Source: Macrostomum lignano (lineage: Eukaryota). Taken from it: DNA of 64,000 nucleotides. Numbering within the stretch: the first letter of the stretch is position 1; each line of letters opens with the position of its first letter. Positions 24,218-36,859 of this stretch are shown here, piece by piece. The stretch lies in NCBI GenBank assembly GCA_002269645.1, contig NIVC01001881.1, positions 161,896 to 225,895 of the forward strand, given 5' to 3'. Position numbers and translations under genes: made by a program. The notes beneath the pieces are model-generated. The model was not told where the DNA came from. It saw nothing but the letters and a program-made list of their open reading frames with translations, and ran no database searches.

Positions 24218-24571
24218 TGAGGAAACATATTTCAACCTTGAAAACACCGATTTTCACAGCAGCAATAGGGTTTTACACTTACTGAGCTGGGCTTAAGCTT
24301 AGGCTATACTCAGCAACAGAAAACCCCCTTCTCTCAACTGACTCTGTCACGCGGACAAAAGTGAAGTAATGCTGAGGCAGACCCTATTTTGAATGAGGAA
24401 ACATATTTCAACCTTGAAAACACCGATTTTCACAGCAGCAATAGGGTTTTACACTTACTGAGCTGGGCTTAAGCTTAGGCTATACTCAGCAACAGAAAAC
24501 CCCCTTCTCTCAACTGACTCTGTCACGCGGCACAAAAGTGAAGTAATGCTGAGGCAGACCCTATTTTGAAT
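24218..24571. repeat. Tandem direct duplication of ~176 bp (24218-24393 / 24394-24571)
   Basis: Two near-identical copies read directly. Confidence 0.92.
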
Positions 24572-24730
24572 CACCACTACCTACCTTCTTAATTAATTTT
24601 TGTTTGTATTATTGACCACCCTTTGTTTTAATGACCTGCCCCGCGCACCCTTCACCCCGGCTTCACACCTCCGCATTCCGACTAAATAAACAGAAGTTTC
24701 TCCCGAATTGTCTATGGCTCGCATGCATCC

Positions 24731-24999
24731 ATGAAACGTTCTATTGAGAAGCTGTGGTAATTGAGAAAAAGAAATTTCTTTGGTACAGTTTTAAAATGCT
24801 CTTAAATTTTGGCAGGCACTTCAATAGAACAAACGTGAAAGAGAATTTTGAAACACTCCCTCGTACAATGTCTTTAATGCGTCGTTTCAGTATCGTGTGT
24901 AGGAACCACCACGAGCATGTAAAAGTGCCATCACTTATCAGAGCCACAGTTGATGAGCTCTTCGCTTTACGAAGTCCCAGACATTCTCGATGGGGCTAA
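24731..24999 (+). CDS. Possible small 2-exon gene (~69 aa; exons 24731-24756, 24816-24999), product unknown
   Basis: GTAATT...TTTTGGCAG intron with matched phase 2; AATAAA at 25173-25178; no recognisable motif. Confidence 0.3.
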
Positions 25000-25405
25000 C
25001 TTTGGTCTGGAGACTTTGACGGCCTGTTTAAAAGTGCAAATCGGGTTGCGCAACATCCTCTCCCAACCGGTTTGCGCTGTCATTTTAGCTTGAAGCGGAG
25101 TAGAGTGTTATCATTTAAGTTGTTCTCATCGGCAGGTGTAGCATCTTGTTTTGTTTTATTGTTTAATTGATGAATAAATAAGACGCGTTAATTATCCGCT
25201 AACTACTCAACCCCAGGCTATACCCACGGAGGACCAAATACTTTCAATGCCAAAATAAGCAAACAAAAAAGCCGATATTAAACACGACTAATTGATTAAG
25301 CGTATTTATTCAACAGATGATAAATCGGAACAATATTGAATGCGTAATAAAAACCATAAAGCAGAATTTTATGAAGACGTGAGCTTGAAACTAAATCAAA
25401 AGTCT

Positions 25406-25624
25406 TTAGACTGCTTCAGTAGGAGCATTGAGCTCTGCGTCAATCAGATGAGCCAGAGCCACAGAGCCAAAAAAGAATGCCGCACCCTTCACAATGGACC
25501 ATTTCCACTGCTCAGTGTACCAGCTCAGCACAGATTTTAGCCACGGATGCTTCGGTGGCGGCTGCGGCGGTCCAGCAGAACGAGCTGTTGTCGCCACAGT
25601 CGATGGAGCAGGTGGACGAAACAT
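25406..25624 (-). CDS. TOM6-like mitochondrial outer-membrane small protein, 72 aa
   Basis: HPWLKSVLSWYTEQWKWSIVKGAAFFFGSVALAHLIDAELNAP follows the size and single-TM pattern of metazoan TOM6 as recalled. Acceptor-like TTTTTCAG upstream; minus-strand AATAAA ~25305-25310. Confidence 0.6.
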   Translation of the reverse strand: MFRPPAPSTVATTARSAGPPQPPPKHPWLKSVLSWYTEQWKWSIVKGAAFFFGSVALAHLIDAELNAPTEAV

Positions 25625-26566
25625 GACTTCAATCGAGTGGTTTAATGCACCTGAAAAATAATAAGGCACGAATTTCTTCTACAACGTTTTATTTATGACA
25701 CCATTTTTTAGTCCTCAATCCAAGCCATTATTAAATTATGTACACTAAAAACTAAGCTTAATAACTCTATACTAAGCATAACTATTTACTAATATATATT
25801 CAAAATTGAAGCAATTAGAACTAAAAAATAGTTTGTTTAAAAACACTGATTCAGATTAAGTATTTGATAAACAGTTTCAATGTATTTGATAGTACACAGA
25901 CATAAAAAAAACAGATTTCTAAAAATAAACAACACACGCTTTTATTACTACTAACAAAGCAGTAGCAAAAAGACAATTTTTTAACAGTTCAATATATGCT
26001 TGGGAAAGTCAATAATTGCAAGTAAAAAAGAACTCGAGGGTAAGTCTGTACAAAGGACCCAAGAATGTTTTAGGTTTATAACTTTTCATCAGCAGAAATA
26101 GAAGACACAGCCAATGTGATGTTTATAAAAGCTGGAGTGCACCTAAGACAAGAAGTATAGGTCAAAAAAACAAAATGTATCGTATCAAACGAATTATTAA
26201 AGACAAAACAAACTACGATTAAAACATTAAAATATCTTTTCTGGAATTTTGGACGGACTATTTATTAATTGAAACTCAATTAATTATAAAAATCACCCAA
26301 CAGTTCACCCGACAATTCGGATAGCAAACCAAAATGCAGGCAGCAGTAACTCAATTAAAAACAGCGTAAACTTGAATGTTTATTAATAAGAAGAAAAAAG
26401 GCTTCTTTTTATAGCGCTGAACCTTTATTTTTTAAAATCAATGATAAATAAAATATCAAGCAATTATTACAGGTAAAACAGAGCAGCTAGTTTAATAAAC
26501 ATGCAATTTCGGAACATTATTTATAAGGATTAATCAAGAACTAATTAATCCAAAGATTGGGACGGA

Positions 26567-26745
26567 TTGGCGGCTAGATCAAAGAAGTGGATAATTTGGG
26601 TCGGAATGGCGGCAAGATCAAAGAAGTGGATAATTTGGGTCGGAATGGCGGCTAGATCAAATAAGTGGATATTTGGGGTCGGAATGGCGGCTAGATCAAA
26701 GAAGTAGACAATGGGGAATGGTTGGATTTGCGGCTAGATCAATGA
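26567..26745. repeat. 39-bp minisatellite (GGCGGCTAGATCAAAGAAGTGGATAATTTGGGTCGGAAT)
   Basis: 4-5 degenerate tandem copies. Confidence 0.85.
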
Positions 26746-26828
26746 ACAAACTGATAAATCGCGGGTACACATTAGGCGGCATGATAAAAAGAAAAAATTA
26801 AATCAAAAGCAATAAAAACACCCGGCTC

Positions 26829-29800
26829 TCAGTCTTCCAGTCGCACAAACACCTTAGGCCTTGAGAACACTTTGACAGCTTCGTCAAGCTCAGCCAATTG
26901 ACGCTCCAATTCCACTCGACGCTGGCGCGCTCGAAGAGTGTCAGCCGTGATTGGCAGCCGGTTGACTTCGCTAAGCAGCTGGGCCTGTACAGCGAGTGAT
27001 TGACAATTTTAATAAATAAAAGTGCCGAATTCAATGTAAATACTCTAATTGAATCTTCTAATTAGACAATCGAAATACTACTGGACTAGAAAGCAAACTT
27101 TAAGGTTACTCTAATCGAAACTAATCAACTCAAAACTACTCAACCTCAAATCTGCTCAAATCAAGGCTACTGAACTCAGGCTACTAAACTAAAATCTGTT
27201 CAATCAAGTACTGAACTAAGCTACCTAGCTCGTAAAGCTAGTACAACACGAAAGCTATTCAAAGGTACTCCAACTAAAGCCTACTAACTAAAGCTACTAA
27301 CTAAAGGCTACTAAACTCAAAGCTACTAACTAAAAGCTACTCAACTAAAGCTACTAACTAAAAGCTACTAGAGGTCACGGAGTACTAAATAAGCTAGATA
27401 AAGGTCACGAAGTACTAAATAAGCTACATAAAGATCATGAAGTACTAAATAAGAGCTACATAAAAGTCACGGAGTACTAAATAAGCTACATAAAGGTCAC
27501 GAAGTACTAAATAAGCTAGATAAAGGTCACGAAGTTCTAAATAAGCTACATAAGGGTCACGGAGTACTAAATAAGCTACATAAAGTTCACGGAGTACTAA
27601 ATAAGCTACATAAAGGTCACGGAGTACTAAATAAGCTACATAAAGGTCACGAAGTACTAAATAAGCTAGATAAAGGTCACGAAGTACTAAATAAGCTACA
27701 TAAGGGTCACGGAGTACTAAATAAGCTACATAAGGGTCACGGAGTACTAAATAAGCTACATAAAGGTCACGGAGTACTAAATAAGCTACATAAAGTTCAC
27801 GAAGTACTAAAAGCCTATCTAAAGTTCATGAAGTACTAAATAAGCTACCTAAAGTTCATGGAGTACTAAAACGCCATCCTAAACAAGCCTTACCGTCAGC
27901 TTATGCTCCGGTGCAGTTCTAGGAAACGGCGCCACAGGATGATCGTCAAGCGCCGGATTTGGGCCAGTTTTCTCGTGCGCTCTCAAATAAGCGCCACGAC
28001 TGGATGGCCGGTCGGTCCGCTGACGATCCGAGGCCGCACCATCTGCCCGATAGCGATACCTGTCCGGCACATCTGTATAAACTCGCGACGCTACGTGGGC
28101 AAATTTGGAATCTCGTTGTTGCAAGGAATCCCGGCCAGTGTCCAAACATCCGCTCTCAGAGCCCCTGCGGCTGCGTGCGTGCGCGCTGTTTGATCGCAAT
28201 CGGCGAATATTTTCTCGAACAAAATCTCGCGACGAATCCGAAGTTGGGGGCGGACTGACTGCGATTTTTAGTGGGTTGAAAAATAACTTTAGATTAGGCT
28301 GCATGGATCTGTGTGTGCTAGCTACCCTAACCATGGGATCTGTGTGTGCTAGCTACCCTAACCATAGGATCTGTGTGTGCTAGCTACCCTAACCATGGGA
28401 TCTGTGTGTGCTAGCTACCCTAACCATGGGATCTGTGTGTGTGCTAGCTACCCTAACCATGGGATCTGTGTGTGTGCTAGCTACCCTAACCATGGGATCT
28501 GTGTGTGTGCTAGCTACCCTAACCATGGGATCTGTGTGTGTGCTAGCTACCCTAACCATGGGATCTGTGTGTGCTAGCTACCCTTACCGTGGGATCTGTG
28601 TGTGCTAGCTACCCTAACCATAGGATCTGTGTGTGCTAGCTACCCTAACCATAGGATCTGTGTGTGCTAGCTACCCTAACTATAGGATCTGTGTGTGTGC
28701 TAGCTACCCTAACCATGGGATCTGTGTGTGTGCTAGCTACCCTAACCATGGGATCTGTGTGTGTGCTAGCTACCCTAACCATGGGATCTGTGTGTGTGCT
28801 AGCTACCCTAACCATGGGATCTGTGTGTGCTAGCTACCCTTACCGTGGGATCTGTGTGTGCTAGCTACCCTAACCATAGGATCTGTGTGTGCTAGCTACC
28901 CTAACCATGGGATCTGTGTGTGCTAGCTACCCTAACCATGGGATCTGTGTGTGTGCTAGCTACCCTAACCATGGGATCTGTGTGTGTGCTAGCTACCCTA
29001 ACCATGGGATCTGTGTGTGCTAGCTACCCTTACCGTGGGATCTGTGTGTGCTAGCTACCCTAACCATAGGATCTGTGTGTGCTAGCTACCCTAACCATAG
29101 GATCTGTGTGTGTGCTAGCTACCCTAACCATGGGATCTGTGTGTGCTAGCTACCCTTACCGTGGGATCTGTGTGTGCTAGCTACCCTAACCATAGGATCT
29201 GTGTGTGCTAGCTACCCTAACCATGGGATCTGTGTGTGCTAGCTACCCTTACCGTGGGATCTGTGTGTGCTAGCTACCCTAACCATAGGATCTGTGTGTG
29301 CTAGCTACCCTAACCATGGGATCTGTGTGTGTGCTAGCTACCCTAACCATGGGATCTGTGTGTGCTAGCTACCCTAACCATGGATCTGTGTGTGTGCTAG
29401 CTACCCTAACCATGGATCTGTGTGTGCTAGCTACCCTTACCGTGGGATCTGTGTGTGCTAGCTACCCTAACCATAGGATCTGTGTGTGCTAGCTACCCTA
29501 ACCATAGGATCTGTGTGTGTGCTAGCTACCCTAACCATGGGATCTGTGTGTGTGCTAGCTACCCTAACCATGGGATCTGTGTGTGTGCTAGCTACCCTAA
29601 CCATGGATCTGTGTGTGTGCTAGCTACCCTAACCATGGGATCTGTGTGTGTGCTAGCTACCCTAACCATGGATCTGTGTGTGTGCTAGCTACCCTAACCA
29701 TGGGATCTGTGTGTGTGCTAGCTACCCTAACCATGGGATCTGTGTGTGTGCTAGCTACCCTAACCATGGGATCTGTGTGTGTGCTAGCTACCCTAATCAT

Positions 29801-30139
29801 GGGATCTCTCTGTGTGTGTGTGCTAGCTACCCTAATCATGGGATCTGTGTGTGTGTGTGTGCTAGCTACCCTAACCATGGGATGTGTGCTAGCTACCCTA
29901 AACATTAGATTTATGATGAATAACTATTCTACTTAAAAAATATACAATAAAGCATTACCTTGCCGACCCCATGGCAAACCAGAAGCAGTGGCATTGGCGG
30001 CAGCAGCATCAGCAGCAGCTGCTATCCTGCGTATGCGAGCACTTCGGGCCTGACTATCAAGGTCAGCATTGATTTCATAGAGTGTATGAGCTGGTATTGG
30101 GCCAGATATGCCAGATGCGACCCAGCCACTCGAGGACAT
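26829..30139 (-). CDS. ENKD1: Enkurin domain-containing protein 1. Exons 30139-29959, 28258-27894, 26984-26829 (233 aa; central part apparently absent)
   Basis: ISGPIP, DFVRENIRRLR, SKFAHVASRV, YLRAHEKTGP and C-terminal LPITADTLRARQRRVELERQLAELDEAVKVFSRPKVFVRLED match recalled ENKD1 motifs. GT-AG introns in phases 1 and 0. Confidence 0.88.
27370..27870. repeat. 30-bp minisatellite (ATAAGCTACATAAAGGTCACGGAGTACTAA) in ENKD1 intron
   Basis: About 16 tandem copies. Confidence 0.95.
28305..29900. repeat. 31/33-bp minisatellite (GGATCTGTGTGT[GT]GCTAGCTACCCTAACCATG) in ENKD1 intron
   Basis: About 50 tandem copies with variable GT number. Confidence 0.95.
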
Positions 30140-30334
30140 TGCTGAAGTAGAGATCTATAGGTTAATACATAACACAATAGAAGATTTATAAATCAAAGAG
30201 GCTGAGATGAGATGTTTTGATATTTTTCTTTGACTAAAATTCTCAAAAGTTTAGGTCAAAGGGTATGTGTAGATATAAGGGCTAAAAGCAAAAGGATCTA
30301 GATTCCAGACAAGAATTTACTAGTATGATAAATA

Positions 30335-30612
30335 TAATAATAATTATTATTGATTACAACTGCCCCAATGGGGCCAGTTTTGCAGCCGACAGCTAAAAAG
30401 ACTACATATGGCTATTCAGTCCAAGGACTGGGGTCCCATGCACACCCTTAATCACCCCACCTATTGCTTTACCCATTTTACAGCTAGGTGAACTGAAGCA
30501 ATGCAGAGTTAAGTGTCTTGCTTAAGGGCACAAATTGTTTCTAGCGGGATTGGGAATTGAACCCCTTAATCATCAAGTTGCAAGTCCAATGCTATAACCA
30601 CTAAGGCACTAA
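30335..30612 (-). mobile_element. tRNA-derived CORE-type SINE
   Basis: Minus strand: A-box-like TAGTGGTTATAGCATTGG, B-box GGTTCAATTCC, CORE-like CCTTAAGCAAGACACTTAACTCTG..TCAGTT..CTGTAAAATGGG, (TAA)n-like tail. Confidence 0.75.
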
Positions 30613-31231
30613 GCTATAACTGTAGAGATTCATTCCTTCAGAAATGCTACTATAAGTAGAGTAAACCAAACATGTGCAGCAAAACTAAAAAATGATTTTA
30701 TGTTACCATTCAATAATGAAAGAGATTGATAATGATTACCTTTTACAGGGTAAACAATGAATTATGACCCCAACAAGGGTAAATGATATTCCCACTCCTA
30801 CCATATTTACTAGAATTATTTTTAACTGTCAGTTAAATTCCTAAGATTGAACCATTTCAGTCTATCAAATTAAACAAGAATAAACCAGTTTTTGTAAAAC
30901 TTTACTGTAGAATACCAGCACATCTCTAAAATAAATATGCGCTATTAGAAAAGCCTTCTAAATATCTTTGTTCTTTGGTCATTAAGAGCTATGTTATTAT
31001 TAGTGGTTGTTGATCAAGTGATTTCTATTGAGTTATTTAATTAAAGGTCTCCTTTTTTATTAGAGGCAGGGGGGTTGTGTGCACCCTGGCGCACTTTAAG
31101 TGACATAGGCACACAATCGGCAAAAGGCATTACTGCCCATTCTGCCGACTCCCCTGAGCAGGCACAAAAGTGCACGGATACATATGCAGGCACACACTCA
31201 CACAGTAGTGTACAGCAACTCTAGCTTTATA

Positions 31232-31410
31232 TTATTATTAGGCATGTACACTTCACTGCGCCTTGGGGGGTTGGCTCTCAAGGCCATTAATTGCACGAGC
31301 GGAGCCAAGCTGAGATTTCAATTCAGCCCCAAATTAATGTGACTGCACTTGGAATTGAGCCTGGGTTGCTGGCACACCAGAGCAGTTGCGCTACTGCTGG
31401 GCTATAGCCC
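31232..31410 (-). mobile_element. Second tRNA-derived SINE family
   Basis: Minus strand starts GGGCTATAGCCCAGCAGTAG, has GGCTCAATTCC (B-box-like) and ends in TAATAATAAT. Confidence 0.65.
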
Positions 31411-32865
31411 TCCTTATTCCTAAGGGATTGGATAGGATCTTTTGGATCAATTCTAATATTCTTAAATGATTATTGAGTTCTGATTGACTTTTGGTACCTT
31501 TAGAACGATAAATAGGCCTAGGGGCTTATGGTTTCAATTCTATTATTTTTAGAAGATGCCTTTCTAGAAGACCTTGTGGTTAAAGAGTTAATTATATTAT
31601 TTGGGTGCATTTTTATATTGATTTTTGAGCTTAAGAAAAGCATAAGTATCAATGATTCACAATGAATAGAATCATTACTATAAGTTTTGAGGCTATTTTT
31701 TAAACAGTTCCAAGGTCCATACTTTATAGATACAACTATCATGTCTATAATATTAGCAGTGTTGGGCAAAGTTCTGGCACTTCTGGCACTTTTAGTACCG
31801 GAGGTTACTTTTTTTTAAAGCAGCACTTTTTCCAGTTCTTTTTTTCAGAATGCCAGACTAAGGTAATGGAAGTTACTTTTTAATAAGTCCAGTCCTCTGG
31901 CACTTTAAAATGAAATTTTAGCTGCCAAAAACAGCCAATTTAGAACTAAATATTTCCCAAAAGTGCAAAACTTTAACCAAAATACTCGTAGTACAATTAT
32001 AAAAAGGTAAAAAAGAGACGATCCTAGTTTGTGTGGTTTTTTACTTTTAAGTTAAAGCATGTTTCATTGTTTCAAGCATCCTAAAATCATAGAATTAAGT
32101 AATTATTGGTAACTAATGCTAAAAACAAGACACTTCCAAAACAATAAACATCCTTTAACAACTCCTTACAAAATTTTGATCTAACAAGGATAACCAGCAG
32201 TACACTAGGATGCTACACACATGATTTGTGGAAAATCTTTTGAAGGCCGATTTCTTTATTTTGATGTTTGTACAGGACAACACAAATGATGCATTCTAAG
32301 AGTGATACATTTAAAGAGTATTTTGACTTTTAACTCCTGAGGCTAATTATAATTTTCTGATTGCAGCACATGGCACACTAATAAAGTTATTTTAAGTCTT
32401 ATGCATTAGTCCATCTATCAAATTCTATCCATTTGTTGTCCAGGTATCTTTTTTCTTAATTGTTAACTGGCATTTCCAAGGCTGCCAGAATATTATCACT
32501 GATTCTAAATGAGTCAGCTGTCCTGTGCAAAAGTACACTTACACTACTGTAAAAGTATAGCTGTTTTAAAACTACAGCACTATACTAGTATGGGAACGAG
32601 AATGACCCACAAAAACTATAAGTCATCTAAAGAAGTATTCTACTCATTGTCACACCCACACTCAGGAAGGTTACATGTAAGCTATAATTTTCTGGCGTAC
32701 CATTGAGAAGTTTGGCTATTTTGGCGTACCACTTGGGTGTACCACTTTGAGCTTGAGAAATTTTTGGCGTACCAATTTTGGTGAATAAATTGATGCTGTG
32801 TATAAAAATTGTAATGAAAATTAACCCTTTTTAGTTTTTACGTAAAATGAAGGAAAATTTATATA

Positions 32866-35558
32866 GGGTGCGTTCGAGTGACTCAAAATGACTTAAACTG
32901 CCATTTTAACGTCCTTAGTAAAACAAATGTTAAGCAGACTAAATGTAAAAATAATCTAGGTAAATGATAGTCAAATTACAATTAAGAATTAATTCAATTT
33001 CTAAAACCGGTCTAAGATTAAAAAAACGTCGCCTATACTTCTTCCAACTCAACCTGAACGCCTAGGCACCGTTTTAACTTCGCTCGCAATTACCACATTT
33101 AATCGTAATTGAATATTTTGTATTCTTCACCTTTGTTCTATCATTTGCTTTCACGTCTTTTTGCTCAGTTCGCTGCCCGTCATTATAGTCTTTGAATAAT
33201 TGCTTAGTACTAATATTGTTTATTTATTAATTGTTATTACATAGTAGTTTATTTGGACTTGGAATATAGTCACTATTATTGTTGCTACTGTTATTATTTT
33301 TCTATTGGAGTTTTGTACTTTTTCAGCTTGGTTCTTATTCTTCAATATAGTATCTGAGTGAACTTCATGTTATAGTTTTGTCTTTCTATTTATTCCGTAG
33401 CTATTGTAATAACAAGGAATTATTCACTTTGGTTAAATCATATTATTTTATTGCTATCTGGCCTATTTTTTTCTCAATGAATAGTTGACTGACTTACCTT
33501 GTTTTTTATTCTTTTGCTTGTTTGAATATAGTAATTAGCTCCTTATTTATTATCTTTATTCATCACAGTCAACTTATATAAACCAAAAAAACATTTCTTT
33601 CAAATATACCTCTGCTTAGTTAGAAAGATTAGTAAGAATTAAAACGGATTAACAATTAACGTTAATTGTACTTCAGAGAGAAATTGTGCAGGCAGCATAT
33701 TGATTCAATTAGCTTGCAGGTGGACTCCATGCTGTCCGAATTTATGTAATTGATTCGTTGCCATCGACTTGATAAAATTCCAAAAGTTCTCTCGACACAC
33801 TGACGCAGTTTACTAAGCTTCTTATTGAACTGTTTTTTCCCCGGAGAAAGATTGCGTCCCTTATATGGTGTTAGCAAGTAGTCGGAACATGGATATGCCG
33901 AATCACCAATCAGAAGAAATCCCCACTGGACGTGTAAATGCTGTATTTCTTGTCGAGCAGAAGAATATTGAAAAGCTCTTGCATCGTTCGAACTACCGGG
34001 CCAGCCAATGAAGTAGTCAATGATGTAGGTCGAACTGGTGCTAATTACCTGTAACTTGACGGAATGAAATTGCTTCCTGTTGTAATATGACTCGCCATTG
34101 TCAGACGGACATCTTATTTTGACTTCCTTTACGTCAATGGCACCAATAATACTTGCTGTAAAGAAATTTTTAGATCGCTGACTGAATAACTGAGCATGCT
34201 TGTGGCACTCTTCATAGGATGGAAATCGAACCAGATCTCTGCAAAATCCACTCTCGGACATTGCACTTAGAACCCTTCGGATTATAAGACAAACCGTGCT
34301 CTTAGATAAGTCAAAAACTGTTCCAATAGATTCGTAGGACTCCTGGGTTGCTAAATAGCGAAGAAAAACCAAGACCATTGAAATAGCGGTCGTTCCTTTT
34401 GGCGAATGCAGAGTTAGGAACGTTGCTAGTTGCAGAACTAACGACTGGACAGCAGTTCGAGGCAATCTAAAATAATCTCGGAACTGGTAGTCGTTGAAGT
34501 GGTAAACAGTAGTATCAACGAACTCGGCTACTTTTGCTCTAGGTTCCTTAATGGACCTGGCTACAATAGCTTGAACTTCACTTACAGAGTCACATTGTTG
34601 CTGTACAAAGTCACGAACTTCACCAGTAAAAGAATTTGCTGGTTCCATTGCAAAATTTAAATAATAGAGGACAGCAATATACAATCTATAGAAAATATGA
34701 TTTGGTATACTTCGTATATAAGTTGACTGTGATGAATAAAAAATAGTGACAATTAATTTCAACCAATCAAGAAACAAGTCAACAGAAGCAAAGAAATATG
34801 ACAAATTAAGCACAATATATAAATTAATAACTAGTAATGTCCAATGACAATGAATGAGAGCTAATTACTATATTCAAACAAGCAAAAGAATAAAAAACAA
34901 GGTAAGTCAGTCAACAATACATTGAGAAAAAAATAGGCCAGTTAGCAATAAAATAATATGATTCAACCAAAGTGAATAATTCCTTTGTATGATAGAAAGA
35001 CAATACTATAGAAAACTATAGATACTATATTATAGAATACAATATACAATACTATACTATAGATACAATACTATAGAATAAATAGAAAGACAAAACTATA
35101 ACATGAAGTTCACTCAGATACTATATTGAAGAATAAGAACCAAGCTGAAATAGTGACTATATTCCAAGTCCAAATAAACTACTACGTAATAACAATTAAT
35201 AAATAAACAATATTAGTACTAAGCAATTATTCAAAGACTATAATGACGGGCAGCAAACTGAGCAAAAAGACATGAAAGCAAATGATAGAACAAAGGTGAA
35301 GAATACAAAATATTCAATTACGATAAATGTGGTAATTGCGAGCGAAGTTAAAACGGTGCCTAGGCGTTCAGGTTGAGTTGGAAAAAGTATAGGCGACGTT
35401 TTTTAATCTTAGACCGGTTTTAGAAATTGAATTAATTCTTAATTGTAATTTGACTATCATTTACCTAGATTATTTTTACATTTAGTCTGCTTAACATTTG
35501 TTTTACTAAGGATGTTAAAATGGCAGTTTAAGTCATTTTAAGTCACTCGAACGCACCC
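32866..35558 (-). mobile_element. PIF/Harbinger transposon with ~680-700-bp TIRs
   Basis: Termini GGGTGCGTTCGAGTGACT; arms 32866-33541 and 34858-35558 are inverted copies; 3-bp TSD ATA; encloses the transposase ORF. Confidence 0.92.
33662..34648 (-). CDS. Harbinger (DDE_Tnp_4 / HARBI1-like) transposase, ~328 aa from first ATG
   Basis: FRDYFRLPR, FLRYLATQESY, IGAID, YYNRKQFHSVKLQ, GWPGSSNDARAF, LIGDSAYP, RQCVERTFGILSSRW, CCLHNF; no frameshift. Confidence 0.93.
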   Translation of the reverse strand: MEPANSFTGEVRDFVQQQCDSVSEVQAIVARSIKEPRAKVAEFVDTTVYHFNDYQFRDYFRLPRTAVQSLVLQLATFLTLHSPKGTTAISMVLVFLRYLATQESYESIGTVFDLSKSTVCLIIRRVLSAMSESGFCRDLVRFPSYEECHKHAQLFSQRSKNFFTASIIGAIDVKEVKIRCPSDNGESYYNRKQFHSVKLQVISTSSTYIIDYFIGWPGSSNDARAFQYSSARQEIQHLHVQWGFLLIGDSAYPCSDYLLTPYKGRNLSPGKKQFNKKLSKLRQCVERTFGILSSRWQRINYINSDSMESTCKLIESICCLHNFSLKYN

Positions 35559-36859
35559 ATAGTCTAGAAAGTCAGTGATAAACTTTTTGCTTTTTTACAA
35601 TTAACAATGAATAAAACTTGTGTCAATTATTGCTAACAATATAAATTTTGCATTCTTTTTTCTGTAGGTTTAATTTAAGTTTGTTTAAAATGAAAATATT
35701 TGTAATATTTGAAGGAATTTTCATACAAAAGCCTTTCTTAGAAAACTGTACTCGTGAAAACTGAATGACCTTTTTAGGAGGAATTTTTGGCATACATTTT
35801 AGGTAATTTTTTTGTTTTTGGCGTACACTGGTGTACATTTAGCTGAGATAGGATTCTTGTTCCAGCATACACTACTACATGATCCAAACTGTGGTGTCAC
35901 ACACCTATTAGACAAAAATTATCTTCATTCATACTTTTCAAAAGTCAGAATCAACATTTGAAAATCGGCCTCCAATTTTTTTTCTATGAATTGCAAGTGT
36001 AGCGTCCTGATATATCAGATGCTGCTAATCTTTGTTTTGTAAAGGTTTTGTTTATTTACTCAAATTTTGGATATGATAATAAAAAATATTATGTAGCTTC
36101 TTTTTTTAGAAATAACAGCATGTATAAGTCTTGATCAACAAATAATTTCTGTTTTTTTTCTAAAGACATGTTTGAGCACTTTTTAATTGGCAGTTCTTTA
36201 GACTAAAGGACCAGTAACGGAAGTAGGCCTACTAAAAATTACTTTTTTTAAAAAGTACAGATATTAGAACTAGTGCCAGAAGTTACTTTCCTTGGAACTA
36301 GAAGTTACTTAACCGGAAGTTATTTTTTCAAAGTAACTTGCCCAACACTGAATATTAGAGCCTAAAGACATGTGGTGAAGGTGATGTCCATAATATAAAG
36401 TGTATCTTATATTAGAGAGTTTTAAAAACAATAGCTATGTCAATAAAGCCTGCATAGTACTAGCAACTATGTCAATATCAAATGGGTTCACACTTGAAGA
36501 TAACAAGAATAGCCTTATCCTTACTATAGACAGTGTTGGGCACCAGTCCGTTAATAAGCGTTAATCCGTTAATAAGCGTTAATAAGCGTTAAGATTTTTC
36601 ATTAACGTTAACGGACTGTCGTTAAGATTTTTTTGAACTAACGGATTAACGAATTTGCGTTAAAAATTTTGTGAATTAACGATAAATTCATCGTTAACGG
36701 TAGTGTCTATGTCAGTGACCAAAGACGCAAAGAAGGAACAAAAAATACATGTCTTACAAGAAGTTTAAACATTACGAACGTATTTGAGCTTACCTATATG
36801 CCTAAATATAATCTCTTTATTTATGACGATGATCATACAGACGTACATGTAATTAACAA

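Larger units (their letters stand above)
31757..36350. mobile_element. Non-autonomous hAT-type element 1 (contains nested MITE and Harbinger)
   Basis: TIR CAGTGTTGGGCAA at both ends; perfect 8-bp TSD AATATTAG (31749-31756, 36351-36358); AAGTTACTT subterminal repeats. Confidence 0.9.

Noticed and set aside
28377-29936. CASYPNHGI / VLATLTMGS ORFs
   Set aside because: Intronic minisatellite with variable unit length
30335-31410. tRNA genes
   Set aside because: A/B boxes are present but no complete cloverleaf; each continues into a SINE body and simple-repeat tail
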